From: a virus
Taxonomy: Duplodnaviria > Caudoviricetes
Strand: one strand, 5' to 3'
Length of the DNA: 36,924 nucleotides
IMG/VR virus record: IMGVR_UViG_3300043416_000086
Span: 1 to 36,924 of that record
In this document: one piece after another, positions 7,020 to 14,863 of the stretch
Layout of the letters: every line of letters begins with the position of its first letter
How positions within the stretch are numbered: the first letter of the stretch is position 1
The notes under the pieces: generated by a model
Databases searched by the model: none
The model's input: the letters and a program-made list of their open reading frames with translations, nothing else
Told to the model about the DNA's origin: nothing
Position numbers and translations under genes: made by a program

Positions 7020-9283
7020 TGTTGCATCCCTTCAGGTGGTAATCCCATTGGTTGTTGTGGGGGTGCCATGCCCATTTGTTCAGGTGGCATTTGCCCTTGC
7101 ATCATTTCAGGTGGCATTTGTTCAGGCATTGGCGCGTTCATTTCGGGCATTTCTCGCCCAGGCATCTCATTAACCAAATCACCGCTAGTAATCATGCCAC
7201 TAATCGTACCCATAACAATATCTTGAATCTGTTCAGGTGTCATGGACGCTTGAACGGCAGTAAGTCTCTTAGTTTCTGCATCAAACGCTTTAATAGTGGC
7301 TTCAAATTCTTTACGTTGGAGATCTTGAGCTTCCATTGATTTATTAACATTTTGTAGCATCCCTTGTAATTGGTCGAGTTCTTGGCCCATTGCTTGAATC
7401 TGTTGTTCAGCTGCCTGCAGCTCAGGGGGTTTATCGTCGTCTTGCATTAATTTTGGATCAATTGTCTTAGCAAAGCGTTTTGCCATTTCTTGCGCGCCAG
7501 GCCAATCCATATTCTTAACAAACAGATCGCCAGCTACCGACCAAAGTTGCGGGTTGCCTTGCAACAGTTGGCTCATTGCATCTAATGACTCTTGACGCTT
7601 AGTCATGTAACTTGGGCCAGTAGTAACAACTACATCGTATGTACCAACGCTAGGGTTATAGACTTTTTCTATGACCATGCCCTGTTCGTCAATAATTTTC
7701 TTGACGGCTTCAGGTTGCATTGGGTTAATCTTCACCATATCGACTTCACCATCTAAGCCTACAATCCTTGCAATGCGCTCGGTATCATAGATTTTAGGAA
7801 TCATATCGACTAGTTGTCGAGTTACATGACGAATAGCACGGGATAGATTATCAACGTAGTGATAAGTACCTGTATCGCCTTGTTTCTCTCTTGCCAGGAT
7901 AGCCCGACCTGAGCGTTCGTTGCTTGTGGCACCTAAGCTCGAATCGTATTGGCCTGTGGTAGATTTAATGTCATCGGATGCGCCAGCTTTTGCTTGCAAT
8001 AGCCCACTTGATGCCATTGGCGGTTGGGCGCGTTGCGGTAAAGGCAGTACGCTACCTGCGCCGTCCGTTACATCTGGATTAACTTCTAAATAAGGCCAGT
8101 TGGTTGTATTAGCCGTTTTCCAATTCTGCTCATACCCTTCAAACTGACCGCCGTAACCGATAAATGGTGCTTTTGGTGCCAATGCTAGCATTTCAGCTTC
8201 TTGGCTAACCCAATAGTTATACATTCTTTGGGCATCTTTAGCATTTCGGACTAAGCCTGACACATACAGACGACCATCGACTTCAAATTCGTTACCAACT
8301 ACCCGAACGACAGGGATCCATTTGCCTGCCCATTCTCTTTCTTCTAACACTTCAAAGCCGTTGGTTTTCATCCACATAACTTTTTTAACATCAACCATTC
8401 GACTCTTGATTGGCTTTAAGCCCATCATTTTCATCTGCTTATCTTCAGGTGAGCCATCAAAATGACTCATATTGCCTGGGTACAGATTGAGTTTAGTCGG
8501 GGTATGTTTGTAGTAAAAGTATTCAGCAATACGAATTGTATTTTCGTTTATCCATTGGCTAAGTGAGGAATCACCTACACCTTGCGCTAGCATGGATGAA
8601 ATGGGCGCAGCGTCTGGGAACTCCCTTTCGTACTCGTCTTTTTGTATATCTTCGGTAATAAAACAATACTCAGCATCTGACCCGCATGGGTCTTGAATTA
8701 ATGGATCCATGTATACGCTAAAAGCGTTGCGGATTCTGCCAATACGGATGTCTTGATCGAAGGTTTCATCGGTACAATATTCGGTCAAAATACGGATATA
8801 GCCTTCACCATAGGTGACTTGATTGTCGCAAGCCGTGTCGTATGCTACATCTGCATCTGAGATGTATTCAATATGACGCACCATGCCATCAAAGATTTCA
8901 GCAACTTCGACGTCGCCTTTATCGTCAGCAGGGATTACCTTCCCAGAGGGTCGATTTTGACGTTGTTCGTTAGTAACTTGCCTGACGTGTTGAGGCAGTT
9001 TGTTAATAGTAAGGCAAGGTCTAGCGTTGATGGTCTGTCCTTGAACAGATCCTCTAGTTGCCAATACGTCAGCAGGCCATTGCCATTGATTATCTGGAGA
9101 ACCAGCCATAAATCGAAGGTCATCTAATTCATCTTCGCGGGATTCGCTATACGCTGACAACGCTGCTGTAAAGCGTGAGCGCATCGTAGATAACTTATCC
9201 TTTGGATCTTCATTAGTTGTTGGGTTGCTACCGACGTCGGCTACTTTACCGACAAGGTTCATGTTTGACTGGTCGTATGCCAT
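7016..9283 (-). CDS. Portal protein, P22-like
   Basis: 755 aa. QW..., RPCLTINKL, GLVRNAKDAQRMYNY, SG.AI..R..QG and YDVVVTTGPSY.TKRQE motifs, C-terminal coiled coil, downstream of the terminase. Confidence 0.93.
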   Translation of the reverse strand: MAYDQSNMNLVGKVADVGSNPTTNEDPKDKLSTMRSRFTAALSAYSESREDELDDLRFMAGSPDNQWQWPADVLATRGSVQGQTINARPCLTINKLPQHVRQVTNEQRQNRPSGKVIPADDKGDVEVAEIFDGMVRHIEYISDADVAYDTACDNQVTYGEGYIRILTEYCTDETFDQDIRIGRIRNAFSVYMDPLIQDPCGSDAEYCFITEDIQKDEYEREFPDAAPISSMLAQGVGDSSLSQWINENTIRIAEYFYYKHTPTKLNLYPGNMSHFDGSPEDKQMKMMGLKPIKSRMVDVKKVMWMKTNGFEVLEEREWAGKWIPVVRVVGNEFEVDGRLYVSGLVRNAKDAQRMYNYWVSQEAEMLALAPKAPFIGYGGQFEGYEQNWKTANTTNWPYLEVNPDVTDGAGSVLPLPQRAQPPMASSGLLQAKAGASDDIKSTTGQYDSSLGATSNERSGRAILAREKQGDTGTYHYVDNLSRAIRHVTRQLVDMIPKIYDTERIARIVGLDGEVDMVKINPMQPEAVKKIIDEQGMVIEKVYNPSVGTYDVVVTTGPSYMTKRQESLDAMSQLLQGNPQLWSVAGDLFVKNMDWPGAQEMAKRFAKTIDPKLMQDDDKPPELQAAEQQIQAMGQELDQLQGMLQNVNKSMEAQDLQRKEFEATIKAFDAETKRLTAVQASMTPEQIQDIVMGTISGMITSGDLVNEMPGREMPEMNAPMPEQMPPEMMQGQMPPEQMGMAPPQQPMGLPPEGMQQ

Positions 9284-9432
9284 TATTTTTTCATTTTGCC
9301 TGCTGGTTTAGCTGCGCTGCGTTTCGTAGCGTAGGCAATTGCCAACGCTTGTTTAACAGGTTTGCCTGCTTTTACTTCAGCGCGGACATTTTCTCGAAAT
9401 GCTTTAGGACTAGCTGATTTTTTTAACGGCAT
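9283..9432 (-). CDS. Small basic protein (49 aa, not in ORF track)
   Basis: MPLKKSASPKAFRENVRAEVKAGKPVKQALAIAYATKRSAAKPAGKMKK*. TAATG-coupled to the portal gene. Confidence 0.8.
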   Translation of the reverse strand: MPLKKSASPKAFRENVRAEVKAGKPVKQALAIAYATKRSAAKPAGKMKK

Positions 9433-9434
9433 GA

Positions 9435-9587
9435 TTATTTCTTCTTTGCTGTTTTAGCTGAATCTTTAAAATCTTTGGCAGTTGGCGCACCTTTTGCCCC
9501 CACTTTGCGCATCTTTTCTTTTGATCCTGCTTCTATTCTTGCACGTTTAGCTAGAATATTAGCATAAAGTCCAGGTTTAGTTGCCAT
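9435..9587 (-). CDS. Small basic protein (50 aa, not in ORF track)
   Basis: MATKPGLYANILAKRARIEAGSKEKMRKVGAKGAPTAKDFKDSAKTAKKK*. AAGGAG RBS. Confidence 0.8.
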   Translation of the reverse strand: MATKPGLYANILAKRARIEAGSKEKMRKVGAKGAPTAKDFKDSAKTAKKK

Positions 9588-9598
9588 TTAATTCTCCT

Positions 9599-9874
9599 TT
9601 AGCAGTTCCAATTTTTAAGTGCGGCTTTAGCGCGAGGGGCGTCGCCTTTAGCGTTTTTAACAACTCCTGACATTCTCGCACAAAACGATGCTTTTCTACC
9701 AGCATCTGCTTTTGTTTTCGGATTCGGTGCAGGTGCTTTCAAATTACTGTTGTTTTTTGCATTGTACTCGGCTCGCCCTTTGGCGGTCATCCCCGCACCC
9801 TTATCAGTTGGGTTATAGTTCTTACCCTTACCCGTGGTCGTGCGTGGTATCGGTTTGCTTTGTTTAGTAGCCAT
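9599..9874 (-). CDS. Small basic protein, DUF6321-like (RKASFCARM...W.C)
   Basis: Start at 9874 gives TAATG coupling with the terminase stop. Lys/Arg-rich, SFCARM motif recalled from phage proteins. Confidence 0.7.
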   Translation of the reverse strand: MATKQSKPIPRTTTGKGKNYNPTDKGAGMTAKGRAEYNAKNNSNLKAPAPNPKTKADAGRKASFCARMSGVVKNAKGDAPRAKAALKNWNC

Positions 9875-11400
9875 TATGACCCCATCCAAGAATTAGAGAC
9901 TGCACCTTGATTCTGGTACGTATTCTTTCGGATTATACCCTTATATTCCCGATGTGCAACAGGAAAAGCGAAAGTCAATGCAATAGCGTCAGCTGCGTCA
10001 GGTGACGCTAGTCCTCTTGATCTCATGTCTTTCTTCGATTCCAAGAATATGCTCCCCTTGCTATCAGGCTTCATCATGGGCGAGATCAGATCACTTTTCA
10101 AGTACCGATCCGTAGGCACGCTGGCTGACTTGAGCCATTCGCGCATATCGCCCCACATTTCCGCCCGTTTGTTACCATACATCATACTGTTTTTTGCTTT
10201 GTTTCCGAAGTTAACACCTTTGATCTTATAGCGTTGCTCTTTCAGCCTATCCACTACACCAGCTCCTAGTCCACCTTCGTCGATGTTGACTAGCGTTGGC
10301 TGATATTCCTCGATAGCCTCAATCACCCGCCCAACTGTTTCCATTGTATCGTCACCCTTGTGCCGCTTGATGGCTATGACATCCCGCCCTTGTCTGACAG
10401 CGATGACGGTTGAGTCCGAACCAAACCGTGCAGGGTCAACCCCTATGATGATGGGCGCAGTATTATCCTTGTACTTTTCCCGTTGCATGGCTTCTTCAAC
10501 TGTGTTCACGCTAATGAACTGATCATCGGACGCGTTCGGGAACATACCGTACACTTCGACGTGGGCTTGCACCGAGTCCGAGCCGTACTCAGCGATGATC
10601 TGCTCATAGACGTTCTTGTCTGTACCTTCGACTTGGCGTGAGTCGATGTTGCGGTTTTTCCAAAACTCCCGCTTGGAGTGGAACGCCTCATAGAAATACC
10701 CGCTATTCCGTCGTGGGTTGCTAAACGCCATCCAAAACCTGTTGGGCGTATTCTCCGTGAAAAACCCAGACGTCACCGCCCAGATAGAATCATCAATACC
10801 CGACGCTTCATCAAATATAACCATTACCCCGTCGTAGTTGTGAACCCCTGCGTAAGCATCAGGATTCTCCGCCGACCAAAGCCGTCCTTCAACACCCCAA
10901 TACCGTGTGCCTTTTTTCAAATCACGTTCGACTAGTTCAGTTAACCATTTGGCTGGCATCACTCTGGTTGCGCTCACTTCGAACCAATGGCTGTTGATTG
11001 ACATGGATAGCCACTTAGTGATCTCCGCCCAGGTGACTGAGCGCAGCTGGCTTTCCGAGTTAGCCGACACGATGACGGTTGCGCCTATTCTGGTGGATAA
11101 CATCCAATGTTCTAGCCATGACACTAGCGCTGACTTACCAATTCCACGCCCAGACGCTACCGCTTCTCGCAGTACATCAAAGTCCAGCTTGCCTTGATTC
11201 TGCTTAATATGTTCAGCGATGTCCAGTAAGATCTCACGTTGCCACTTGCGTGGCCCTGTGAAATTCTCCAGCGGCGTACCCTGTTGCGACCAAGGATAGC
11301 AATACATCACAAACGCTAGCGGATTGTCCTTAATCGCAGGACTCCACAGGCGTGACATTAACTCTTGTTCGTCTTGCGCTGAGTAGATGGTGGATTGCAT
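9874..11400 (-). CDS. terL: Terminase large subunit
   Basis: Walker A ASGRGIGKS, Walker B VIFDEA, FSNP coupling motif, RNase-H-like IGVDPARFGSD and SPD.ADA. Confidence 0.95.
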   Translation of the reverse strand: MQSTIYSAQDEQELMSRLWSPAIKDNPLAFVMYCYPWSQQGTPLENFTGPRKWQREILLDIAEHIKQNQGKLDFDVLREAVASGRGIGKSALVSWLEHWMLSTRIGATVIVSANSESQLRSVTWAEITKWLSMSINSHWFEVSATRVMPAKWLTELVERDLKKGTRYWGVEGRLWSAENPDAYAGVHNYDGVMVIFDEASGIDDSIWAVTSGFFTENTPNRFWMAFSNPRRNSGYFYEAFHSKREFWKNRNIDSRQVEGTDKNVYEQIIAEYGSDSVQAHVEVYGMFPNASDDQFISVNTVEEAMQREKYKDNTAPIIIGVDPARFGSDSTVIAVRQGRDVIAIKRHKGDDTMETVGRVIEAIEEYQPTLVNIDEGGLGAGVVDRLKEQRYKIKGVNFGNKAKNSMMYGNKRAEMWGDMREWLKSASVPTDRYLKSDLISPMMKPDSKGSIFLESKKDMRSRGLASPDAADAIALTFAFPVAHREYKGIIRKNTYQNQGAVSNSWMGS

Positions 11401-11883
11401 TTATGCGACTTTTTGTTTGCGTTCGGTGTTAAGCGTAGGTTTTACGTGGAACGCTTCGGCGTCGGTTGGTTGGCTTTCCACTTGTTTGAACACGCCTTCG
11501 ATGACGCGGTGTTGCGCTTGTTCGAGTGCGGCTGTGATCGAGATGCGCTGCTCAACATCTATCGACAGTTGTTGTTTAGCTACCCAGCCATGCTGGTGCT
11601 TGAGGATTTCTAGCGCAGCTTTAGCGTCGCCATCAGCGGCGGCTTTGTGCAGTATCGCTGATAATTCCATCTCGCCATCGGCTTTGCCTTTTTGTTCAGC
11701 GTACTCGGCAATGGGGTCTAATTGCGTAAGCTGTCGGTATTCGGTAGGGCGCATCCCAGCCGCTAAGGCTAAGGTGTCGCCTTTGAGTCCTAACTTGGCC
11801 GCATCGTAGATGCGTTGCAATCTAGCCTCGGTAGCTTCTAGCTTGCGTGGCTCATACACATAGGAATGAAAGTTATCAAACAT
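11401..11883 (-). CDS. terS: Probable terminase small subunit
   Basis: 160 aa abutting terL. HTH-like N-terminus, GD.KAA..ILK motif typical of TerS. Confidence 0.7.
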   Translation of the reverse strand: MFDNFHSYVYEPRKLEATEARLQRIYDAAKLGLKGDTLALAAGMRPTEYRQLTQLDPIAEYAEQKGKADGEMELSAILHKAAADGDAKAALEILKHQHGWVAKQQLSIDVEQRISITAALEQAQHRVIEGVFKQVESQPTDAEAFHVKPTLNTERKQKVA

Positions 11884-11889
11884 GGTGGA

Positions 11890-11898
11890 ATCTTATCA
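11890..11898 (-). promoter_or_regulatory. Candidate extended -10 promoter giving a leaderless terS mRNA
   Basis: Minus strand TGaTAAGAT ends 6 nt before the ATG, with no SD sequence. Confidence 0.45.
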
Positions 11899-12090
11899 TA
11901 GATTTTTTATAAAAAAATAAAAAGTTTGCGCAAACGCTCCGCCGCCATAGGGCCGTTCGGCTTGGCCCTACCCCCCCCATGCAAAAAGTTTTTGGCCGCA
12001 AAATTGCAGGCAAAATCTGCAAGCCAGCAAGTATAAGGCTTTGCGGGTAACGCAAGCCTGCAAGCCTGTAAGTATAAGGGTTTGCGGGGA

Positions 12091-12453
12091 GTGGACAACA
12101 TGGACAACATGGACAATCTCTTTTTAGCTGGTATTAATACGCGTTATTAATGGCGGGTAGTGTGGACAATGTGGACTAATACTTTTTAATAGTCCACACT
12201 ATCCACAGAATGGAGCGGGGAAAAAGCCAGGGACAAAAGGCGCGGGGTAAACGTGGACAACATGGGCCATATGGACAAGTACTTTTTAAGAGCTACAATA
12301 GTAACTATCAATATACTTATATGTATACTATTAGTTAATTAGAATTAGTTAAATATACTTATCCACAATATCCACATCAAAGCCCGTCATAACTTTAAAC
12401 GGGATAATCGTTATCCACATCATTGTCCACATGGACAACGCAAATTATCCACA
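12091..12453. repeat. Array of 9-bp DnaA-box-like repeats around an AT-rich core (origin- or packaging-site-like)
   Basis: TTATCCACA at 12359, 12411 and 12445. Variants at 12190, 12199, 12368 and 12423. Opposite-strand TGGACAA units at 12091-12116, 12161-12178 and 12253-12279. AT-rich stretch at about 12295-12358. Confidence 0.8.
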
Positions 12454-12486
12454 GTTAAATTATTTGCATAAATGTAACGAAATTAG

Positions 12487-12514
12487 TTGCACTATTAATT
12501 AGTTTGTGTATAAT
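12487..12514 (+). promoter_or_regulatory. Strong sigma70-type early promoter
   Basis: TTGCAC-N16-TATAAT upstream of the first plus-strand gene. Confidence 0.7.
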
Positions 12515-12560
12515 TGATACTAGCAGCACAATAAACTAATCTAAACTAAAGGAAACTAAA

Positions 12561-12740
12561 ATGTTAAACAAACTACACAAAATAGCTTTTAGGGAAGCAC
12601 TAAGAAACGATGTACCCTTCTCATATTTTGCGCCGCATGATCGTAAGGTAATCCGTCACAACAGCGCCATTGTGGAAGCTATCGCATCCCGCCGCCAATT
12701 CTCATATGCGGATACTAAGTATCACATTAAATTTAACTAA
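12561..12740 (+). CDS. Hypothetical early protein (59 aa, not in ORF track)
   Basis: MLNKLHKIAFREALRNDVPFSYFAPHDRKVIRHNSAIVEAIASRRQFSYADTKYHIKFN*. AAAGGAAA RBS. Confidence 0.75.
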   Translation: MLNKLHKIAFREALRNDVPFSYFAPHDRKVIRHNSAIVEAIASRRQFSYADTKYHIKFN

Positions 12741-12797
12741 TAGCAGCTCCAAGGCGGGAAGGCCCCGCCTTGATACTAATCTAAAGGAAAACATAGT

Positions 12798-13094
12798 ATG
12801 AATGCACTAACTAATATTCAACATATGAGCGTTGATACGCTTGGAGCGCTGTTAGCCCAGATAGCAGCGCTAACAAAAGAAGCGGATATGATTAAAGATA
12901 CTTTAAAAGATCACGCTTCACTAACTGATAATAAAGTATTCGAAGGCGCGCTATTTAAAGCTACTGTAAGCGCTACTAATAGGCAAGTAATAGACTATAA
13001 AACCCTGGTAACTGATTTAGCTATACCAGCGGATACACTCGCGAAGTATACGAAGATTACAGCTGTATATTGTGTTAAAACCACATCAAAATAA
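12798..13094 (+). CDS. Hypothetical early protein (98 aa)
   Basis: AAAGGAAA RBS. N-terminal coiled coil followed by beta strands. Confidence 0.8.
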   Translation: MNALTNIQHMSVDTLGALLAQIAALTKEADMIKDTLKDHASLTDNKVFEGALFKATVSATNRQVIDYKTLVTDLAIPADTLAKYTKITAVYCVKTTSK

Positions 13095-13112
13095 ACTAAA
13101 GGAAAACATAAA

Positions 13113-13373
13113 ATGAAGCTAGACTTTATTCAAGATCCAGGCCATGGTTGGCTTAAAGTAAAAAAAGATCTATTAATTAAGTTAGATATTGCCAATAAAA
13201 TAAGCTCATATTCTTATATGCGCGGCGCCTATGCTTACCTAGAGGAGGATTGTGATTATTCTACCTTCCAGGCGGCCATGAATAACGCGGGCTTAAATTT
13301 TACTTGCCGCGATTGTGTAAGCCGTATGCGGCCTTCAAAAATTCGATCGTATGCACAATATAGACTAATCTAA
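13113..13373 (+). CDS. Hypothetical early protein (DPGHGW...YLEEDCD family)
   Basis: AAAGGAAA RBS. Motif set recalled from phage early regions, function unknown. Confidence 0.8.
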   Translation: MKLDFIQDPGHGWLKVKKDLLIKLDIANKISSYSYMRGAYAYLEEDCDYSTFQAAMNNAGLNFTCRDCVSRMRPSKIRSYAQYRLI

Positions 13374-13391
13374 AATAAAGGAAATTAAACC

Positions 13392-14090
13392 ATGCAAGTA
13401 CATTTAACATTAAAAAGCGCTAACGTGAAAACGGGAGCTATTCCAGTATCTACTACTGAAAAGAAGAGCTGCCCGCCAGATTGTCCACATAAAAAGACGT
13501 GCTATGCTAAACAAGGCCCGCTAGCGCTTCATTGGAATAAAGTTAGTAATAAGGAGCGCGGCGGCGCTTGGACTGAATTTTTAAACCAGATCAAACAATT
13601 CGAGAATGGCCAATTATGGCGCCATAATCAAGCGGGGGATCTGCCAGGGGCGGGTAATAAAATAGATAAAAATAAGCTGCTATCATTAGTAGCTGCTAAT
13701 TCTAGCAGCAAGGCCGCGGGTTTTACTTATACTCATAAGCCCGTTATTGGAAATGATGCTATAGCGAAGGAAAATAAAGCGCTAGTAAAATTGGCCAATA
13801 AGAGCGGTTTTACAATTAATTTAAGCGCGGATAATTTAAGCCAGGCCGATAAACTAATGAAGCTTAAAATTGGCCCCGTGGTTACTTTATTACCAGAAGA
13901 TTATCAAGACAAAAGTATCACGCCAGCTGGTAATACTGTAATTGTCTGCCCTGCACAAACCCGCGACAATGTAAGCTGCAGCACTTGTAAATTATGTGCT
14001 AACGTGGCCCGCGCTGTGATTATAGGTTTTAAGGCCCATGGCAGCGCCAAAAAAGCCGCTAGCAAGATCTTTTATTTGAAGGCGGCGTAA
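13392..14090 (+). CDS. Cys-rich putative Fe-S protein (GP88/DUF7227-like, radical-SAM-like)
   Basis: N.KTG, C27-x3-C31-x5-C37Y, AGD, YTH, and C-terminal CPAQ...CxxCxxC...HG. Confidence 0.6.
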   Translation: MQVHLTLKSANVKTGAIPVSTTEKKSCPPDCPHKKTCYAKQGPLALHWNKVSNKERGGAWTEFLNQIKQFENGQLWRHNQAGDLPGAGNKIDKNKLLSLVAANSSSKAAGFTYTHKPVIGNDAIAKENKALVKLANKSGFTINLSADNLSQADKLMKLKIGPVVTLLPEDYQDKSITPAGNTVIVCPAQTRDNVSCSTCKLCANVARAVIIGFKAHGSAKKAASKIFYLKAA

Positions 14091-14091
14091 T

Positions 14092-14163
14092 ATGTTAAAT
14101 TTTGCGCTTCCCGTTTTATACGGTGTAATCATAGGGCTTTTTTTGAGTCAGTACATTAATTAA
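14092..14163 (+). CDS. Putative membrane micropeptide (23 aa)
   Basis: MLNFALPVLYGVIIGLFLSQYIN*. Starts 1 nt after the upstream stop. Confidence 0.5.
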   Translation: MLNFALPVLYGVIIGLFLSQYIN

Positions 14164-14172
14164 GGATAAATT

Positions 14173-14412
14173 ATGCTAACAATGAGCAAGAAGGAATACT
14201 ATAAAAACCACGTTGATTTTCGTACTAAGATTAACGGTAAACCGTATATTTTAACAATCGATAAATCAACGGGCGGGACAATACTCGCGCCCGTATCATT
14301 TAAAACCGTTGACACGTTTACATTTTATAACCAGGGTAAAGCTTCGCATGAAGTAAGAAACACGCGCGGCCGCTGCGAAGACGCGCCGTGCTGTGGCTGC
14401 TGTACATTTTAA
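14173..14412 (+). CDS. Hypothetical protein with C-terminal CEDAPCCGCC motif
   Basis: AAGGA RBS. Five Cys in the last 12 residues. Confidence 0.8.
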   Translation: MLTMSKKEYYKNHVDFRTKINGKPYILTIDKSTGGTILAPVSFKTVDTFTFYNQGKASHEVRNTRGRCEDAPCCGCCTF

Positions 14413-14425
14413 TTTAGGGGAAAAC

Positions 14426-14524
14426 ATGAAGACATTTATTGATTATTTACTCGGCGGCCTATTTGCGGCTGCCATGGGCTTCGGCCTTGCTCTTATTTAT
14501 ATCTATAAAACGGGGGGCTTTTAA
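14426..14524 (+). CDS. Putative membrane micropeptide (32 aa)
   Basis: MKTFIDYLLGGLFAAAMGFGLALIYIYKTGGF*. AGGGG RBS. Confidence 0.65.
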   Translation: MKTFIDYLLGGLFAAAMGFGLALIYIYKTGGF

Positions 14525-14634
14525 TGTATATCGTACGTTACAAAATACAAGGCGAAGACTATAGTATTCGGTTTACTAATAAAACAAGCGCGCAGCTATT
14601 CGCGCGCAAATATAACGGGGTAATATCATGTTAA
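14524..14634 (+). CDS. Hypothetical micro-protein (36 aa)
   Basis: MYIVRYKIQGEDYSIRFTNKTSAQLFARKYNGVISC*. TAATG coupling and GGGGGG RBS. Confidence 0.65.
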   Translation: MYIVRYKIQGEDYSIRFTNKTSAQLFARKYNGVISC

Positions 14635-14690
14635 TAGCTATTATTGCAAGCTCTATAGTCTTATTACTGGTTGCTGTATTCGATCTTTAA
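14628..14690 (+). CDS. Putative membrane micropeptide (20 aa)
   Basis: MLIAIIASSIVLLLVAVFDL*. GGGGT RBS, last ORF before the terminator. Confidence 0.5.
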   Translation: MLIAIIASSIVLLLVAVFDL

Positions 14691-14712
14691 ACCAGTAATC
14701 ATATAAACCATG

Positions 14713-14736
14713 GCCCGCCTACAGCGGGCTTTTTTT
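14713..14736 (+). terminator. Intrinsic terminator of the early operon
   Basis: GCCCGC-CTACA-GCGGGC-T7. Confidence 0.85.
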
Positions 14737-14740
14737 ACGC

Positions 14741-14863
14741 CTAGAGCTAGAGCTAGAGCTAGAGCTGGAGCTAGAGCTGGAGCTAGAGCTGGAGCTAGAG
14801 CTGGAGCTAGAGCTGGAGCTAGAGCTGGAGCTAGAGCTGGAGCTAGAGCTGGAGCTAGAGCTG
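14741..14863. repeat. Tandem array, 20 x CT(A/G)GAG with a 12-bp higher-order period
   Basis: (CTAGAG)3(CTAGAGCTGGAG)8CTAGAG CTG, read directly from the sequence. Confidence 0.95.

Noticed and set aside
7020-7170. Met/Pro/Gln-rich repeats at the portal C-terminus (TTCAGGTGGCATTTG duplicates)
   Set aside because: Low-complexity tail common in P22-like portals, not a separate element.
189-11809. Many plus-strand ORFs opposite the structural genes (e.g. 189-446, 5287-5598, 11387-11809)
   Set aside because: Antisense shadows of well-supported minus-strand genes, with no RBS or motifs.
11907-12116. 69-aa minus-strand ORF (MSMLSMLST...)
   Set aside because: Translation of the 9-bp repeats in the control region, with no RBS.
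14741-14863. Coding (LE)n, (ARAG)n or poly-Ser repeat protein
   Set aside because: Lies just after a terminator with no convincing start or RBS. Treated as non-coding.
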